Part shown: positions 25,851 to 38,209 of the stretch, piece by piece
Position numbering within the stretch: the first letter of the stretch is position 1
Layout: each line of letters begins with the position of its first letter
Source of the DNA: Raillietiella orientalis
Lineage: Eukaryota
Direction: 5' to 3'
DNA length: 64,000 bases
Assembly: GCA_036172245.1 (NCBI GenBank)
Contig: JAYWIR010000016.1
Location: forward strand, 3,162,001-3,226,000
The notes under the pieces: generated by a model
Told to the model about the DNA's origin: nothing
Seen by the model: the letters and a program-made list of their open reading frames with translations, nothing else
The model's database searches: none
Made by a program: the position numbers and the translations under genes

Positions 25851-28800
25851 CCAGGAGCCGCATGCGCGCTCGCGCCACGGGAGCGAGCAGCCCCCTTCAT
25901 TGCTGCCAGGGAATCGGCACCGTGGCCGCGCTCGGCTCTCGTGCAGGACTCGCGAAGGAAGATGACCGAAGCTCACTCCCGGTCCCTTCCCCGCACTTTT
26001 CCGCACTCGTGAGGCCTTCGCCGCGGAGAAGTCCGCAACCCCACGGACGCCTCCTACGCCTGAGGACTGCTCCCTTCTTCGGGTGGTCCCCGGGAAGAAG
26101 CGCGTGCGCTTCTCGCACCGCTTGCTTGACTCGGGCTCGGAGACGGAAAGCTCGCGATGCGCCTCCCCCGCGCGGGTCGCCCGAGAGCACTCGGCCGCTG
26201 GCATTCGAGGAGGCCCAACGGCCGGCTCCTCCACAACCCGGGGGAAAGCAGCGGCGGCGGCGGCGGAGACACTTTCGTCGCGGCGCGCTTTTCGGTCGCG
26301 TTACCTAGTTGCGGGTCGCCGCTCGGTCACGCCGACGTTAAAAAGTAAATAGTGGTTGGGGCGGGACTTCAAATCCCTACTATTCCCGGGAGTGCGCTGA
26401 TGAGATCCGCAAGGTGCAACGGAGAGGATCAAAGCAAAAAAAACGAAAGCATCCAAGTTGCAGACATTTGGGGGAGAGAGAGGACCACTGTCCGTCGCCT
26501 GGGATCCTCAGCATCCAGCGCGGTCACCGGCAGGTTCCGCTCTGCCCCGTTTCAGACCAACAGGGACCGAATCGCCGCCATCCCGGGGGGGAGGAGGTTC
26601 GCGAACCGGACGGCTTCCCTGGCAGGCGTGTTCTCCCGGCGGCGCTCCCAGGAGTCGACGATGCCGCGCACGCAGCCGCCACGGTATCGATGGCAACCCT
26701 GGTCGCAGGCGTCGCCCGGCGAGTGGGGTCGCCATCGATACCACACTCCCCCGGAAAGGGACGGCGATCTCCTCCTCTCCCTCTTGCTCCCTAGATGGGT
26801 GGGTCCCCTTCGCAGGAGCTGCTCGCCCAGTGACCCCTGGGCCCCACTCCCCCCAGTTCGCAAGTCGCCCGCCTCCTCCTCCTCCCTTCCGAAGAAGACC
26901 TGCCTGTTCGTTCCCTGTCTCCTCGTTTCCCGTTTTCACCTTTTTGCTGGGGTGTTGGGAAAGGTCTCCTGTCTCCCCCTGGGGGGCCATTCCGTGGAGG
27001 AGCCCTCCCCGGTATCTCGCCTTCCTCTCCCGTCCTCCTGAACAGATGGCGGCAGCAGTGGGCAGAACCGGTGCGCTGTTGCGAAGGTCTCCTTCTCCCC
27101 CTCCCCCCATTCCGCTTTCTCACCACACCCTTCTTGGAGAAGGGGGAAGAGCGAAATGGGGGGGGGGGAGCACTCGGAGAATCTTCCCCCGTCACCTCTC
27201 CCTTCTCGAAGACCCGGAAGTGGGCGGAGGGGTCGGAGAGGGGAAGAGGCGGCGGCGCGTGCGACGCCCCTAAGCAGCGTTGCGGAGACGCCGGGCTCGC
27301 GGGACGCGGACATAATGGCGGTCACGCGTGGCCGGAGCAGCGGAGACGACGACGCGCTTCCCTGGACCGAACGTCTGTCAAGTACCCCTCCTTCTCACCC
27401 TTCTTCCTTGCTCCCCGTCTGCCCTCCCTACTTCTTCCCCAGAGGGCATTTCCAGAGGTCGCCGCTTCCTTCTCTCTGGTTTTCCGCCCACGGAAGTGTT
27501 TGAGGTTCCTGCCACAGCCCTCCGTTCTCGCTGGAGGCTGTGGCAGGAAGGTCGCCCTGCCATAGTTCGGCTGGCTGGGGAGGGAAGGAGGCTGGTCCCG
27601 GAGCCGTTCGCGTGGAAAGGAATTGGCTCCTTGCGGCCCTTTTTGTCCGCCTCCGCTCCTCCACTGGACCGGCATCGGAGGGAGAGGAGGAGGAGGGGCA
27701 GGAAACTTCCCGACGGGTTCTGTCGAAGGGAGAACCGTCTCCTCCTCGCACGCCCAGGATCGACGGACGAGCTCCCCCCGGTAGGAAGCGCTGGAAGAGT
27801 AAAACCCTCCCCCAGCCCGCCTTTCTCAGGAGCGTCTATCCGGGCGAGGAGGAGGAAAGGGAGAGGAGGGGAGGGAGGACCGGAAGTGATTGGGAGGGAG
27901 GCTTCCTGGCTTCCCCACGCGGAGATGCTCGCTGCACCGCGGGCGACGAACCCGTGAGGAGGGAGGCAACGCCCTCCCTGGGCCCCGCGCGCTCTTATGG
28001 CTCTCGGTGGTGGCGAACCAACTCTCGGGAAGATCCCCGCGCGTTTCCCTTCCTCTGGAAGCGCGGCGCGCGTAAGGCAGACCCCTCTCAGCCTCCCTCT
28101 GTGAGCGACCACTTCGTCCTTTCCTCTTCCCCCCCCCCCTCCCCTCCCTCTCTCACATCACGCGACGGCCTGCTCCTCGATTCGCGCCCATCCCGTCGTC
28201 CCCCTCTAGCCCGCGCGGGCAGCGCGTTTCCGGAGTGACCGGCCAGCCAGCAGCGGAAGTGCATTCGCTGCCTTCTGGCTTCGGAGGCCGTCATCGTCGT
28301 GAGCAACGTGAAGCGACTCCCCCTCTTCGCGGCCGATTTACCCTCATCATTTTCTTCCTGGAAGCTCCTGCAGTTCCGACGTCTCGCGACAAGGTCGGCT
28401 GCGGCTTCCGCGCCCGTGCCGCTCTGGAATGCGGACCCGGAGTGGCGCTTCCTTAACGAGCCTGCTCTCTTCGCGCTCCGCATGGGTTCCCCGTGGCAAA
28501 TTCCGGTTAGCGAACGGCAGCTGATCAGGGAGCATCCGGAAGAACAGGCGGCGGGAAGAGAAGGAAGGAGAGAGAGAGGGAGGGAGGGAGGGAGGCGACT
28601 TCCTCCGCACGCGCGCGCGCGCGATTCCTGCGGGCTCGTGCACGGGCGGTCGGCGAGACTTCCAGCTGCAGGCGAGGAGTCGCGAACGACGCCGCGAGCA
28701 AGGCTACCTGGCGCGCCCACCAGGACGATCTACGCGCCACGCCGCATGCATCGCTCTGGCCGCGCGCCCGCCTCCTGCGCGGCGCTTCGGTGACGTAACC

Positions 28801-31800
28801 TACGAATGGCGCGCACTTCCCACAACGGCTCTGCGCCGGGTCGAAACGCGGGCGCGGCGCGCCGCCACTCGGCCGCTCAAAGTGTTCGCCGCGCGGGGGG
28901 GTAGGCGACAGGTCTGACGCCGTCGTGGAAGCGCAGTTCGGTTCCTGGGGGAAGGATGAAGCGGAGGGCGGGGACCTGGTGTGTGTGTGTGTACCACCGC
29001 CGCGACGTGCCTCGCTCCCCTTTCACCGTAAAGCGTATGCCGGTTCACCGGACGGACTAACTCCCTCCCTCCCTCCCCTCCTTCTCCATAGGGCATTTCG
29101 CGACTGGAAGAAAGTGAGGGTCGCCCTCACGAAACTCCATGCTGGACACGCGTGATGGCGCGCGCCGCGAAGCGGTCGCCGCAGCGCAGTCGCGTGCTCC
29201 CTGCTCATCGGAATTCGGGAAGTGCGCTCACAAAGGATGATCGCATCCGGGATGCTCTCGGACACAACTGGCACAAAGCCAGGGTTCTCTGCGGTATCCC
29301 TTGCGGAAGAAAGCAGATAGTGATGCTGCGAAGAACTTGGCTGCGTATCGCACGCATTCGTCGTCGTCTTGTCCGCGATGCGTCCGCAAGTTGCATCCGT
29401 CAGGGAGCCGTTCGGCGCGACTTTGAATTTCCTGGAAACAGCCACCCACGAAAGAAGAAATCCCAGGGTCTCTTGCTGAGTGCATGGTCGATCCTGCGTT
29501 CATCTCTCTCTCTTACAGGAGACTTTCATCACCCAGAGAGATGCACGAATTCTTTCCCCCTTTTCCGTGCGTTCCACACCTTTGAGAGAGCCCGCCCTTC
29601 TCCCCCTCTTCCCTTCGTTCCCACCGATACCAAGCGGGGAGAGTCCTCGCCTTCCTCCATCCGGAGGATTCGCGTTCTCTTGGGCCGCTTTTGGCCCTTC
29701 CGGTGCTCGGGCACCGAGGAGGGAAAGCCATCTGAGGCATGGAGCGCGCTCCTGGAGCGAAGGGGCCGGTTTTTTTTTTTTTTTTGCCGCCTCCACGCAG
29801 GCGCCACGCTGCTCTCCCGCCCTTCTCCAGCGCCGCTGCGATCGTGGGAGAAAAGGAGCGCGCGGTTCTGCGTCGGCGGGATGAGAAAGGCCGCAAGAGC
29901 GAGGGCTCACCCATCGCCCGATCTTCCGGGCCGCCAGCCGGCCCAGGAGATCTCCGGGCAGCTCCGCGGGGTCTGGAACGTTCTCGCCGGATGGAAGGTG
30001 TGCCGGAGGCACTCGGGACGTTCCTCAAGTCACGTGGTGCGCGCGCGCGGGCACTTTCAACAAGCCAATCCCTCTGTTGCGAGGAATGAGCTGGGCGAGC
30101 GGTGGGGCGGAGCAGAAACGATGGGCGGCGGCATCGCCCATAGGTTCTTCCTCCCAACATCCGCAAGCCGGTTTTTCTCATCCGGTAAAATGCGCATCGC
30201 TCTATGGACAAAGAGTCAGCCTGACCCCCTTTCGAGGGCACACCTATCTCATCCTATCTGTTTTGTTTCAAGAAAGGGGGAACGAACAAGGGGAGGGAGG
30301 CGCGCTTTGGAAGCTGAGTCAGTAAGCAGGGGTGTGCTTGGAGGGACTCGAACTCAGTATTCCCTCGCGTCCGCCGGCGGGAAGTTTTGCCGCCACTTGG
30401 CGTGGCGTTCTCCGGACAGGCGGCGTTGCCCCGGGGCATTTCCGCTGCGTTCTCTGAACGAAGGGACTGCTCGCGTTGCTGCAGCGGCGAGTTGTGCGGA
30501 TTTTGTCCAGCCGCCTCTCCGCAGGACAGGTCACCGCGGCCCGCGAGCGGATCTCCAGAGGGTAGCCGGACAGGTGCGGGAACGCGGCTACTCCTGTTCG
30601 TTCCGCAAAACTGCGACCCGACCCGACCTCCCCCTTCCCCTCCCCGGCAAAACTGCGAGCGCGAGGAAAGCTGAACCGGTCGGGAGAGCGCAGTCGACAG
30701 CGTGATGGCTGGGATCATGGCGACGGTTTTGAGGCTGGTCTCCCAGGCGACCGGCTGGTCACGTGAGGCGCCGACGGGCTCTTCCTTGGTCCGGCTCATG
30801 AGTGCGACTCGAAGAGGCTGCCGCGGTTCCTCCCCCGCTTCCGCCAGCCCGCCCGTGGGCGCGCGCTTCGGCCCCGTCCTCCGCTCCTCGGCATGCTGGC
30901 GCCCTCCCTCCGGCTGGGGCACAACACGCCGAGGTAGTCAACCAGCGATGGAGGGGACGCTCGCTGAACCCCAGTCGCCTCAGGGGATGCGTCCGCGGCG
31001 AGCCTCCGCGATGCCAGACATCCCAGGAGGAGCACTGCGCTGCTTCGCGGCCCTGACGGCGTCCGTCTGCTTCTTCCCGGATGCTGGAAAAGACTAGTGC
31101 TGCAGGCCGGCCGAAGAAGACGCTTCCGGGCAGAAGGCACAGCTACGCACTCTCAGTCGGGTCTCCCTCCCTCAGAGTGGGGCCACAGGAGTCCCCACGC
31201 CGGTGGCGACCTGCATGTTTCCTGCCGACCTAACCGGGACCCCCTCTCGCAGCCGCGCGGATGCAGACGCCGCGAGCTGTCTGGCTGCAGCGAGCTGGGG
31301 CGAATCCGGGATTGGCGTCTCCCGTGCAGCATCGGGAAAGGGGGTTCGCGGCCCCTTGGATTCTGGCGGCTCTGCTGCACCTTAGGCGTCCCGGAGGTGG
31401 TGACCGTCTCTCTCCCCCCCCCCCCCCCCTTTTCCTTTCCGTGTCGGCAGCATCGTTCCGCGGGGCAAGAGCGCCGCGACAGCCTGCAGTGCCACCAGCG
31501 GCCGCGGCGCGAACGAGAGGCAGCCTGGAGCGGCGCGCCTTCCGTGGCAGCTGGGTCGGAGTTGGCTGCCCTACACGGCCCTCCCTCGCGTGCGGCTGTT
31601 GCCTCCGAACCCTCTCTCCCTCTTCCTCGCTCATTTGCCTGCGTTCTGCACCGTCATCGGGGCAATCTGGTATGGTCGGGAGGGTGAGCGGGAGGCGCGT
31701 GCACGGCGGGGCCTGATCTCCGCCCCTTCCCCTCCTCTTCCAGCACCATCCTTCCCCATCCTCGGGAGGGCGCTTCCGTTGGCATGCCGAGGACACGAAA

Positions 31801-32749
31801 AAGCTCAAGGAGAGGGAGAGAAGTACAGAGTTTCCCGCTGCTCCCCTCCCTCCCCTTCACGCTCCTCGCGTTCGAGGAAGGTGGCACTAAGGGAATGGGA
31901 TGCTCCTCCCCACCCTTCCGCCGCGCGCGGCTTTCCTGAGGAGGTGGTCTGCGTGAGAGGGAGCGCCGCGTCGCTCGGGTGCCGCCCGAGTCCCGAAACG
32001 GAAGCGGCGGGAAGGCCTCCGTGAGCCCTTCCGGGATCTCCTTCATTCTCGTTGCTTTCCCCCTACCCCCGTCTCGGGATGCACGGTCTCCAGCAAGACG
32101 AGGGGAAGCAGGGGACTGCGTGGGAGGCGCGGGCCACGCGTGCAGGCGGGCAGTGGCTCGTGGATGAAGTTCCTTCTTTACCGCTGCTCCCTGCCCCTCC
32201 GCTCCCTCCTTTTTCTTCGTCCTCGCTTCCCTGACGACGAGCCACTCCATTCCGACGATGCGACCGCGACGGTCGCAGAGCTTCCCAACCCACTTTCTTC
32301 CTTCCTTCCCCTCCCTTTCCTTTTCCCCTTCCCACTCACTCGCCGCGTGGAGGGTTGGTTCCTCGTTCCCGGGGAGCCCTCCTGCTTCGATTGGTCGCCT
32401 CCCGGTCAGGAGAGAAGAACATCTTGGGGTCCAGGGACGGCCGAAGTGAGCACGAGACGAGACCTGCGCCGCCGCCCCAGTCCGTGTCCCCTGGGCGGTT
32501 CGTCAGCGGTGGCTCCCGGCTGTCCGGGTCCTTCCCTGCTTCCTTGCCCCCGTGACGTCCTCCGCCGCGCCCCTCGTCTCTTCCTCGCCCACCCCGAAGC
32601 ACTCCGGCCGCGTGCCGGAAGCCGCCTGCTTCCAGCCCTCTTACTAACGTCCCCCCCCCCCCCTTTCGTCGCTACAGAGTCCGGGAGTGGCGGAAATCAC
32701 TATGACTACGAATGCTCTCTCCCTCTTTCTCCCCCTCCTCCTCGCCCCG

Positions 32750-35435
32750 ATTGTTGCGTCATTTGGCGTGGTGGAAATTCGCCTGTGTGCTTGCCGAGCT
32801 TGGGACTTGCACGTGACCTCAGCGGACGAAGAACTGTGGGGTGAACTTGCCAGGGAGCGCGGGCGACCTGGACACGTGTCATCCTCGCCAGGAGAAGAAG
32901 ACCTGCTCTGGGTGGATGCCCCAGGGTTCGCGATCGGACGCGGGGGCCCCGTGCTCGGACTCGAGCGGCGGCGATGCTCCCGCAGCTGCGACTTGGCAAG
33001 CATGTGCGACGCGCGCGTGCCGTTTCCGGAACCGGCCAACCCGGCGTACACGCAGTGTGCCCAGTTCCCACCCGCGAGCGGGACTTCGCGAAGGCAAGAA
33101 ATTTTAAAGCAGCGGTGCTCAATCTACGGCCCGCCGAGCTTCTATGTGCGGCCCATATCATTGTGCGGTTCGATGGAGTCAACTTCTAGAAAAGAAACTT
33201 TTGACGTAAGCAACCCTTCATGGAGTCAACATGTTAAGTCCTCTTTCATTCCATAAAAGAAGCTTTTTTTTCCAGCCGCGCCAAGTTCGGGGCGGGGGGG
33301 GGGCGGGGGGCAAATAAGAGAAATTCATCAGCAAAAGTTGGATATTTTACGTGAAATGGGAAAGGGAACGGAGGCAAAAGTGCTGCCGCGTTTGCAACAA
33401 CGCGGACAAATCGGCAATTTCGAAAATCGCGAAAGGTGGAAAGGACTCGGAGACGGACCGCGTCGCCCCGTGCTGCGGTGATCTCGAGATTTTCCGAAAT
33501 GGAAGGAGCCTCGCATCCGAGACTTGGGAAACAGCATCACCACAAACGAAATCTTGAGACGAAGGGGATCCACGTTCCGCTGGGATGTGATGGGGAAATT
33601 TGGGCAACCGATGGGTGGCCGAGCAGCCTGCAAAAAAAAAGACATGGCATTCTCTTGGCAACCACATCCGGGGAGAAGCTTTCGTGCCTCGGAGGTTCCG
33701 GTTTTCTCGCGAAGATCGAAAGAGATGGGCCGCGGTCCGGATGCCATTAGGAACGCTCCCTCTGGAGCATTTTGCAGAGGAAAATTGAGACGAGAGTAGC
33801 CATGCTCGAAAATTCGATATGGACCAAAGTTATTGACCACTCGTTCAATTTAGCTACGGAGTGGTCAGAAAGTGCCCGCCTTCCTGTTCGTGATATTCTT
33901 CTCAGGAGAAGAATATCACGGGGAAAAGGCAACCGCGAAGAAGTTCGAATCACATTTTATATCGTGTCGTCATCATCATCGTCATGCACCATGCACTATC
34001 ATCCTTCTCACTTTTGTAATGCTGCGAAATTCGCCCATTGGATTCTAAAAATTCACGTTTACTGTTCAGCAATTTGGTTCCCTTTATTTCATCATCCGGA
34101 ATTTCTACTACCCATCTCGATTACCATCAGCAACATTCCATGAAGGCGACATTTTTGAAATTTCTGATTCCAGCAAAGGTGACCATGTCGAATGCTCACT
34201 CTATTAGGAAGAGTCATAAATCTGATCTATCTAAAGTCCCAACATCAAAAGTTGCACCAATTTTTAAAGAAACGCTCGGTTTCATTTGGATTTTGAGTTT
34301 TATTTTTTTACAATCATTACATCCCAATACATAACGTACCGCATACATCCTGCGTTATGTTGCAAACTTATGTGTGTGGCCCGAGGAGGGGAAAAGTGGA
34401 GTATCACTGCTCTGAAGGGGCGTCGGTCTCCATTGACCCTAGCGACCCAGTTTATTAAATGAAACGGTCAGGATGCCTATCAGCTCTTTGAATACGCTTC
34501 CAAGAGGCTTCAGCAAATGCCCGTGAACAGTACCGCAACCAAGGGGTGGGATGACCCCCCGGCAACAGTAGCATCGGTTTTCATGGAAACGGTCGAATCT
34601 GTTCTGCAGGTAAGTTATTTTGATGCAACCCTAAAAAGAAAAAAAAAAAAGTGTTGACTCGAGCAGATTGTAAGTATGCAATGGCTTCGTTCTTTCTCTT
34701 TTTTCCTTTTTTCCTTTGGATAGACAGGGAATACGTAAATATTTACCGGTGTTCTTGAAACAACGTGGTTGTACGCTTGCTGTGCAAACTACGCGGGAAA
34801 ATTCCACATCGTGAAGTAAACCTTCCGTTTTATGGTCCTTTTTGATCGTTTTTCGTCTTTCTTTCGTGTGCAGATATGCAATTCAGCTCGCGCTGTTGAC
34901 CAAGCATGAACATGGAAATATCATGCATCACGTTGCTCAGCAATTCAGCGGGGATTTTCGGTGCAGCGCGGACCGTAATTACTCGACCGGGCTTAGGGAA
35001 GTAGGCCTGGACATACCTTCCCTGTAGGCATACTTTTAATGAAGAGCTCGGGGATCACCCGTTACATTGCAGTGGACGGATCGTAGACGCCTCGGTTGTG
35101 ATCGCCACATTTCAAGCTCTCTGGCGATCGGCCTTTTCCATCCTGAGGGAAATTTCGGGTCGGCTCCTCCTGTCGCATCGCGAGAGCTGCTTGGCGTCCT
35201 CTGGAAAACGACAGCAGGATGGGAGGGCGGATGCCAAAAGAGTTGCGCCCGCACCCTAACCCTCTGCTTAATTCGCCGTGCCTGCTGCATGCAAGGCATC
35301 AGAATTCGACGAAGCTCGTGGAACGCGAAGTGAGGACTTGCCCGCCTCGTACGCGAAGACTTCTTCCCACTGTAGTAGTCCTCGGCGGTTGCACTCTCGC
35401 AGAGCATCAAGGACTCGTGCGGACACCGCATTTGC
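32750..35435 (+). mobile_element. Decayed R1/jockey-like LINE ORF2 (endonuclease + RT), interrupted by younger insertions; possible continuation at ~39100-39350
   Basis: Ordered degenerate motifs: WDLH...WG...RG...DAPGF...GRGGPVLGL (EN), FRASEV...GRGPDAI (~33730, cf. KAPGPDGI), VWPEEGK (~34375), MPISSLNTLPR (~34473, cf. RPISLLNTLGK), QQFSGDFR, frameshifted YA(D)D (TACGCGAAGAC ~35350). Confidence 0.62.
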
Positions 35436-35439
35436 GATC

Positions 35440-35711
35440 TTTGTTTTTTGTTTTCCTTTTTTAGGGGGGGTCATCAGCACCGTTCGCCTCCTTGGGAAGG
35501 GAGCACGAAGCTCTTCAACGTCGTCCACGCCACCAGGAGGCGCGTGTAACTCTTCAAGTTAGGCGAACCCCACGAATCCAGTAAGGCTCCGAGGATAGAG
35601 TCCGTTCCTCTCTGACTTTCGGATCCACTCCTGGAATTTCTTCTCCGGAGGGAACCCGCAACGCCTGGTTCCACGCGCGGGGGCCGCAGCCACGCGACCT
35701 CCAACGCGGGC
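35440..35711 (-). mobile_element. tRNA-headed SINE-like element, copy 3 (internally deleted, A-rich tail)
   Basis: Head GCCCGCGTTGGAGGTCGCGTGGCTGCGG...GCGGGTTC joined directly to body CCTCCGGAGAAGAAATTCC; 3' block matches copies 1 and 4; tail AAAAAAGGAAAACAAAAAACAAA. Confidence 0.75.
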
Positions 35712-35749
35712 ATGTGCGGCCTTCGTGAGTCCCCACCATGGAAAGTTGG

Positions 35750-38100
35750 GGTTTCATACCCGATTCGCACGTTTATTCATATAAAAAATAGACATACGGG
35801 TCAGTGGCAGGACGCTTGGTGCTGCCATGTTATAAACATACTAAAAAGCACCTGCCGAGGACCGGCACGCAGGCCGGCGAGGTTCGCCTCGGCAGCAGAG
35901 GGGAGGGGGACAAATAAAGAATGAAACAAAAAATATATAAAAAATGGGAGGCTTCAGGAAGGGATCACCGGGTGCTGGAGGGCGTCCTCTGCATCCTTTG
36001 CAGGATGCCGGCAAGTTCCTGTTTCAAGGTTTCCAGATGGGGCCATCTTGACGCTATCCTCATGAAGAGGACAGCAAAATGGGGTGTCGTCCCTGTCGTC
36101 CTGGTCTCCTCTGGCGTTGCTCCTTGCAGCCACGATTCCGCGTAGGCAGCAAAGTGCTACTAGGGATGCGGTCTGCTGGCGTGAGGGCGTCGTGCTGGAA
36201 GAGGCTCTTCGGGCTCTGAAGTTGCCCCCTGGGATCCTCTGGAACGCGGCAAAGCGTTCCCACAGGGGGTGGAGGGCAACACAATCCACGAGCAGGTGCG
36301 GGAAGGCCTCTCTTTCGACGCGCCTGCTGCAGTTGAGGCTCACCTCTTCCCCCCGGGTCCAATGTTGTCGGCGGACGTCGCACGGGAGACCCCAATGCAG
36401 CAGAAGGATCGCAGATTCCTGCCACTTTAGGGAGAGTGTTGCACAGTTTTAGCACGCTGGTGGGCCACTATCTCCTCCGGAGGAATTTGTAGCAGCTCTT
36501 CCAGAGTTGCAATTCTTATGGAGGGACACTCGGGATGGCAGCATCTGGCAGCTCCTGTTGTCCCTTTTCTTCTATTTTCGATAGTGCACGTCACCTTCCA
36601 CCTTGTCGGAATGTCGCTGTCCTTTGCTTCCCGTAGGGAGGACTGCACTAAGGCTAGGGGGGAGGAACGACGCCCAAAGCAGATTCCTGGTGTTACCCAG
36701 GATCTCAACGACTGCCGAGTGTATCTGCTGTTTCGTAGGCAGATGCACTCTGCCCCGTCGTTCGAGCCTTTGATTTTGACCCAACCTAAAACGGACTACT
36801 GTAACCAAGTAGTCCAGTTAGCGGGGAGGACGGAGATCCAGGGATTTCGTTGTACCAAGACAACCATTTGGCGAAGTTGAGAGCCAAGATGCCTCATACT
36901 TCGCTCGGTGGCTACGACGACCGAAGTCAATCCCTCGCAGCCGGTTGCTCGCTTGGCGAGGATTCTTGCCGGAGCACACCAGGGCGTAGTCCAAAGCTCG
37001 GAAGGCCGGTGCGAGTCTTCGGAATTGGCGCTGATGCTCCATCCTCTCTCCATCGTAAGGAGACCCAACCCACCATCTTTACGTGGAGCTCAAAGGTCCT
37101 TTAACCGGGCTCGGAACCTCCCTGTGCCCCACAGGGCTTTTCTGAGGAGACCCTCGGTCCTCTTTTGATTGGCTGTAAGGGTGAGGTGAACAAAAAGCAG
37201 GAGGCGGAGGAGAGGAGCCGCAAACGTGTTCCACACGGTGTTGGAGAGTTGGAGCTGGGAGCCAAGGCACGCAGACCCCAAGAGCGCATTCTCACAGCCG
37301 CAGTTTCCCAAACAGCAGGAAGGAGACAGACGAGAAAAAAGCGTAAGGGAGAAAGGGATATGGTTTTCTGTAATCCCGTGTCGCCATTTTGGAACAGATG
37401 GGAACGAGTGAGGCTGCCGATCCTCCTGCCGGTGCGCCAGATGTAGAACGAAACGGTGCCACCGCACATCTTAAATCATTTGGCGCTGCCCTTTCGGCTT
37501 CCCGCCTGGAAGAGAAGAGAATCGACTGTATCAAGAGGGTGATGTGCGGAAGATGGGAGATCATAGCCAGATACCATAGAACTCTCGGCGTGACACGTCG
37601 TCGTCGTTGTGACCTGACCTCGTCTCGAAACCAAAACAAAAAAACACGCCGGCGCGTTACCATTGACGACTCTTGCCGTCCTTCCAAAAGCGCAGCGGCA
37701 AAGAGGCACGGGATCTCTTCATGCTGGTCTTATGAGCCGGGGGACCTACGACGACTGCTCTGACGGATGTTGGCACTCCTTCGTCGGCGAAATGGCGAGC
37801 CAGCCGCCTGTGCTCGTCCTTTTCCCTTCTCCTTGCCTTCTATACCGCCCCAACAGAAGATCCGTGGGGGTTACCTTCTTTTCCGCCTCCGGAGGAAATT
37901 CAAGGGTCGGTTCGCCGGGTCACCGTTGGGCGAGAGGAATCTTCGACCCCGAGGGAAACGAGGTTCCGCAGTAGCTACAGATCTCAGGAACGCTCGCGAG
38001 CCACCCCGGTCGATTCCCAACGCAGGCGGCATAGCCGCGACATCCTCCAGAGGGCCGGCAAGGGCACTCTCTAAGCCACAGACCCATGAGGCCAATGCAC
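35750..38100 (-). mobile_element. L1/Tx1-like non-LTR retrotransposon, 5'-truncated copy E
   Basis: KALWGTGRFRARLKDL*APRKDGGLGLL, NCSRRVEREAFPHLLVDCV and ALCCLRGIVAA shared with copy D; most complete 3' stem-loop module at 35852-35895. 5' boundary approximate. Confidence 0.82.
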
Positions 38101-38209
38101 CGAAAGGACTTTCGGCTCCGCGCAACGCAGAAACGCAAGCAAGCGATTTGCCACGGGAGTGGAACCCTCCCTTCCCTTCCCCCTTCCTCTTCGTGCCGAT
38201 CGTGCCGAT

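Noticed and set aside
29152..30705. 517-aa + strand ORF and other long ORFs at 18-32 kb
   Set aside because: Arg/Pro/Gly/Ser-rich, runs through a poly-T tract and has no domain motifs; expected in very GC-rich DNA.
32687..33256. ORF with an apparent signal peptide and SFGVVEIRL, resembling the N-terminus of a Delta/Serrate ligand
   Set aside because: No DSL/EGF cysteine pattern follows; better explained as the endonuclease part of a decayed LINE whose RT motifs follow in order.
35852..35895. Hammerhead or HDV-like ribozyme call for the 3' module
   Set aside because: No CUGANGA/GAAA core and no HDV double pseudoknot could be built by eye on either strand; left unclassified.
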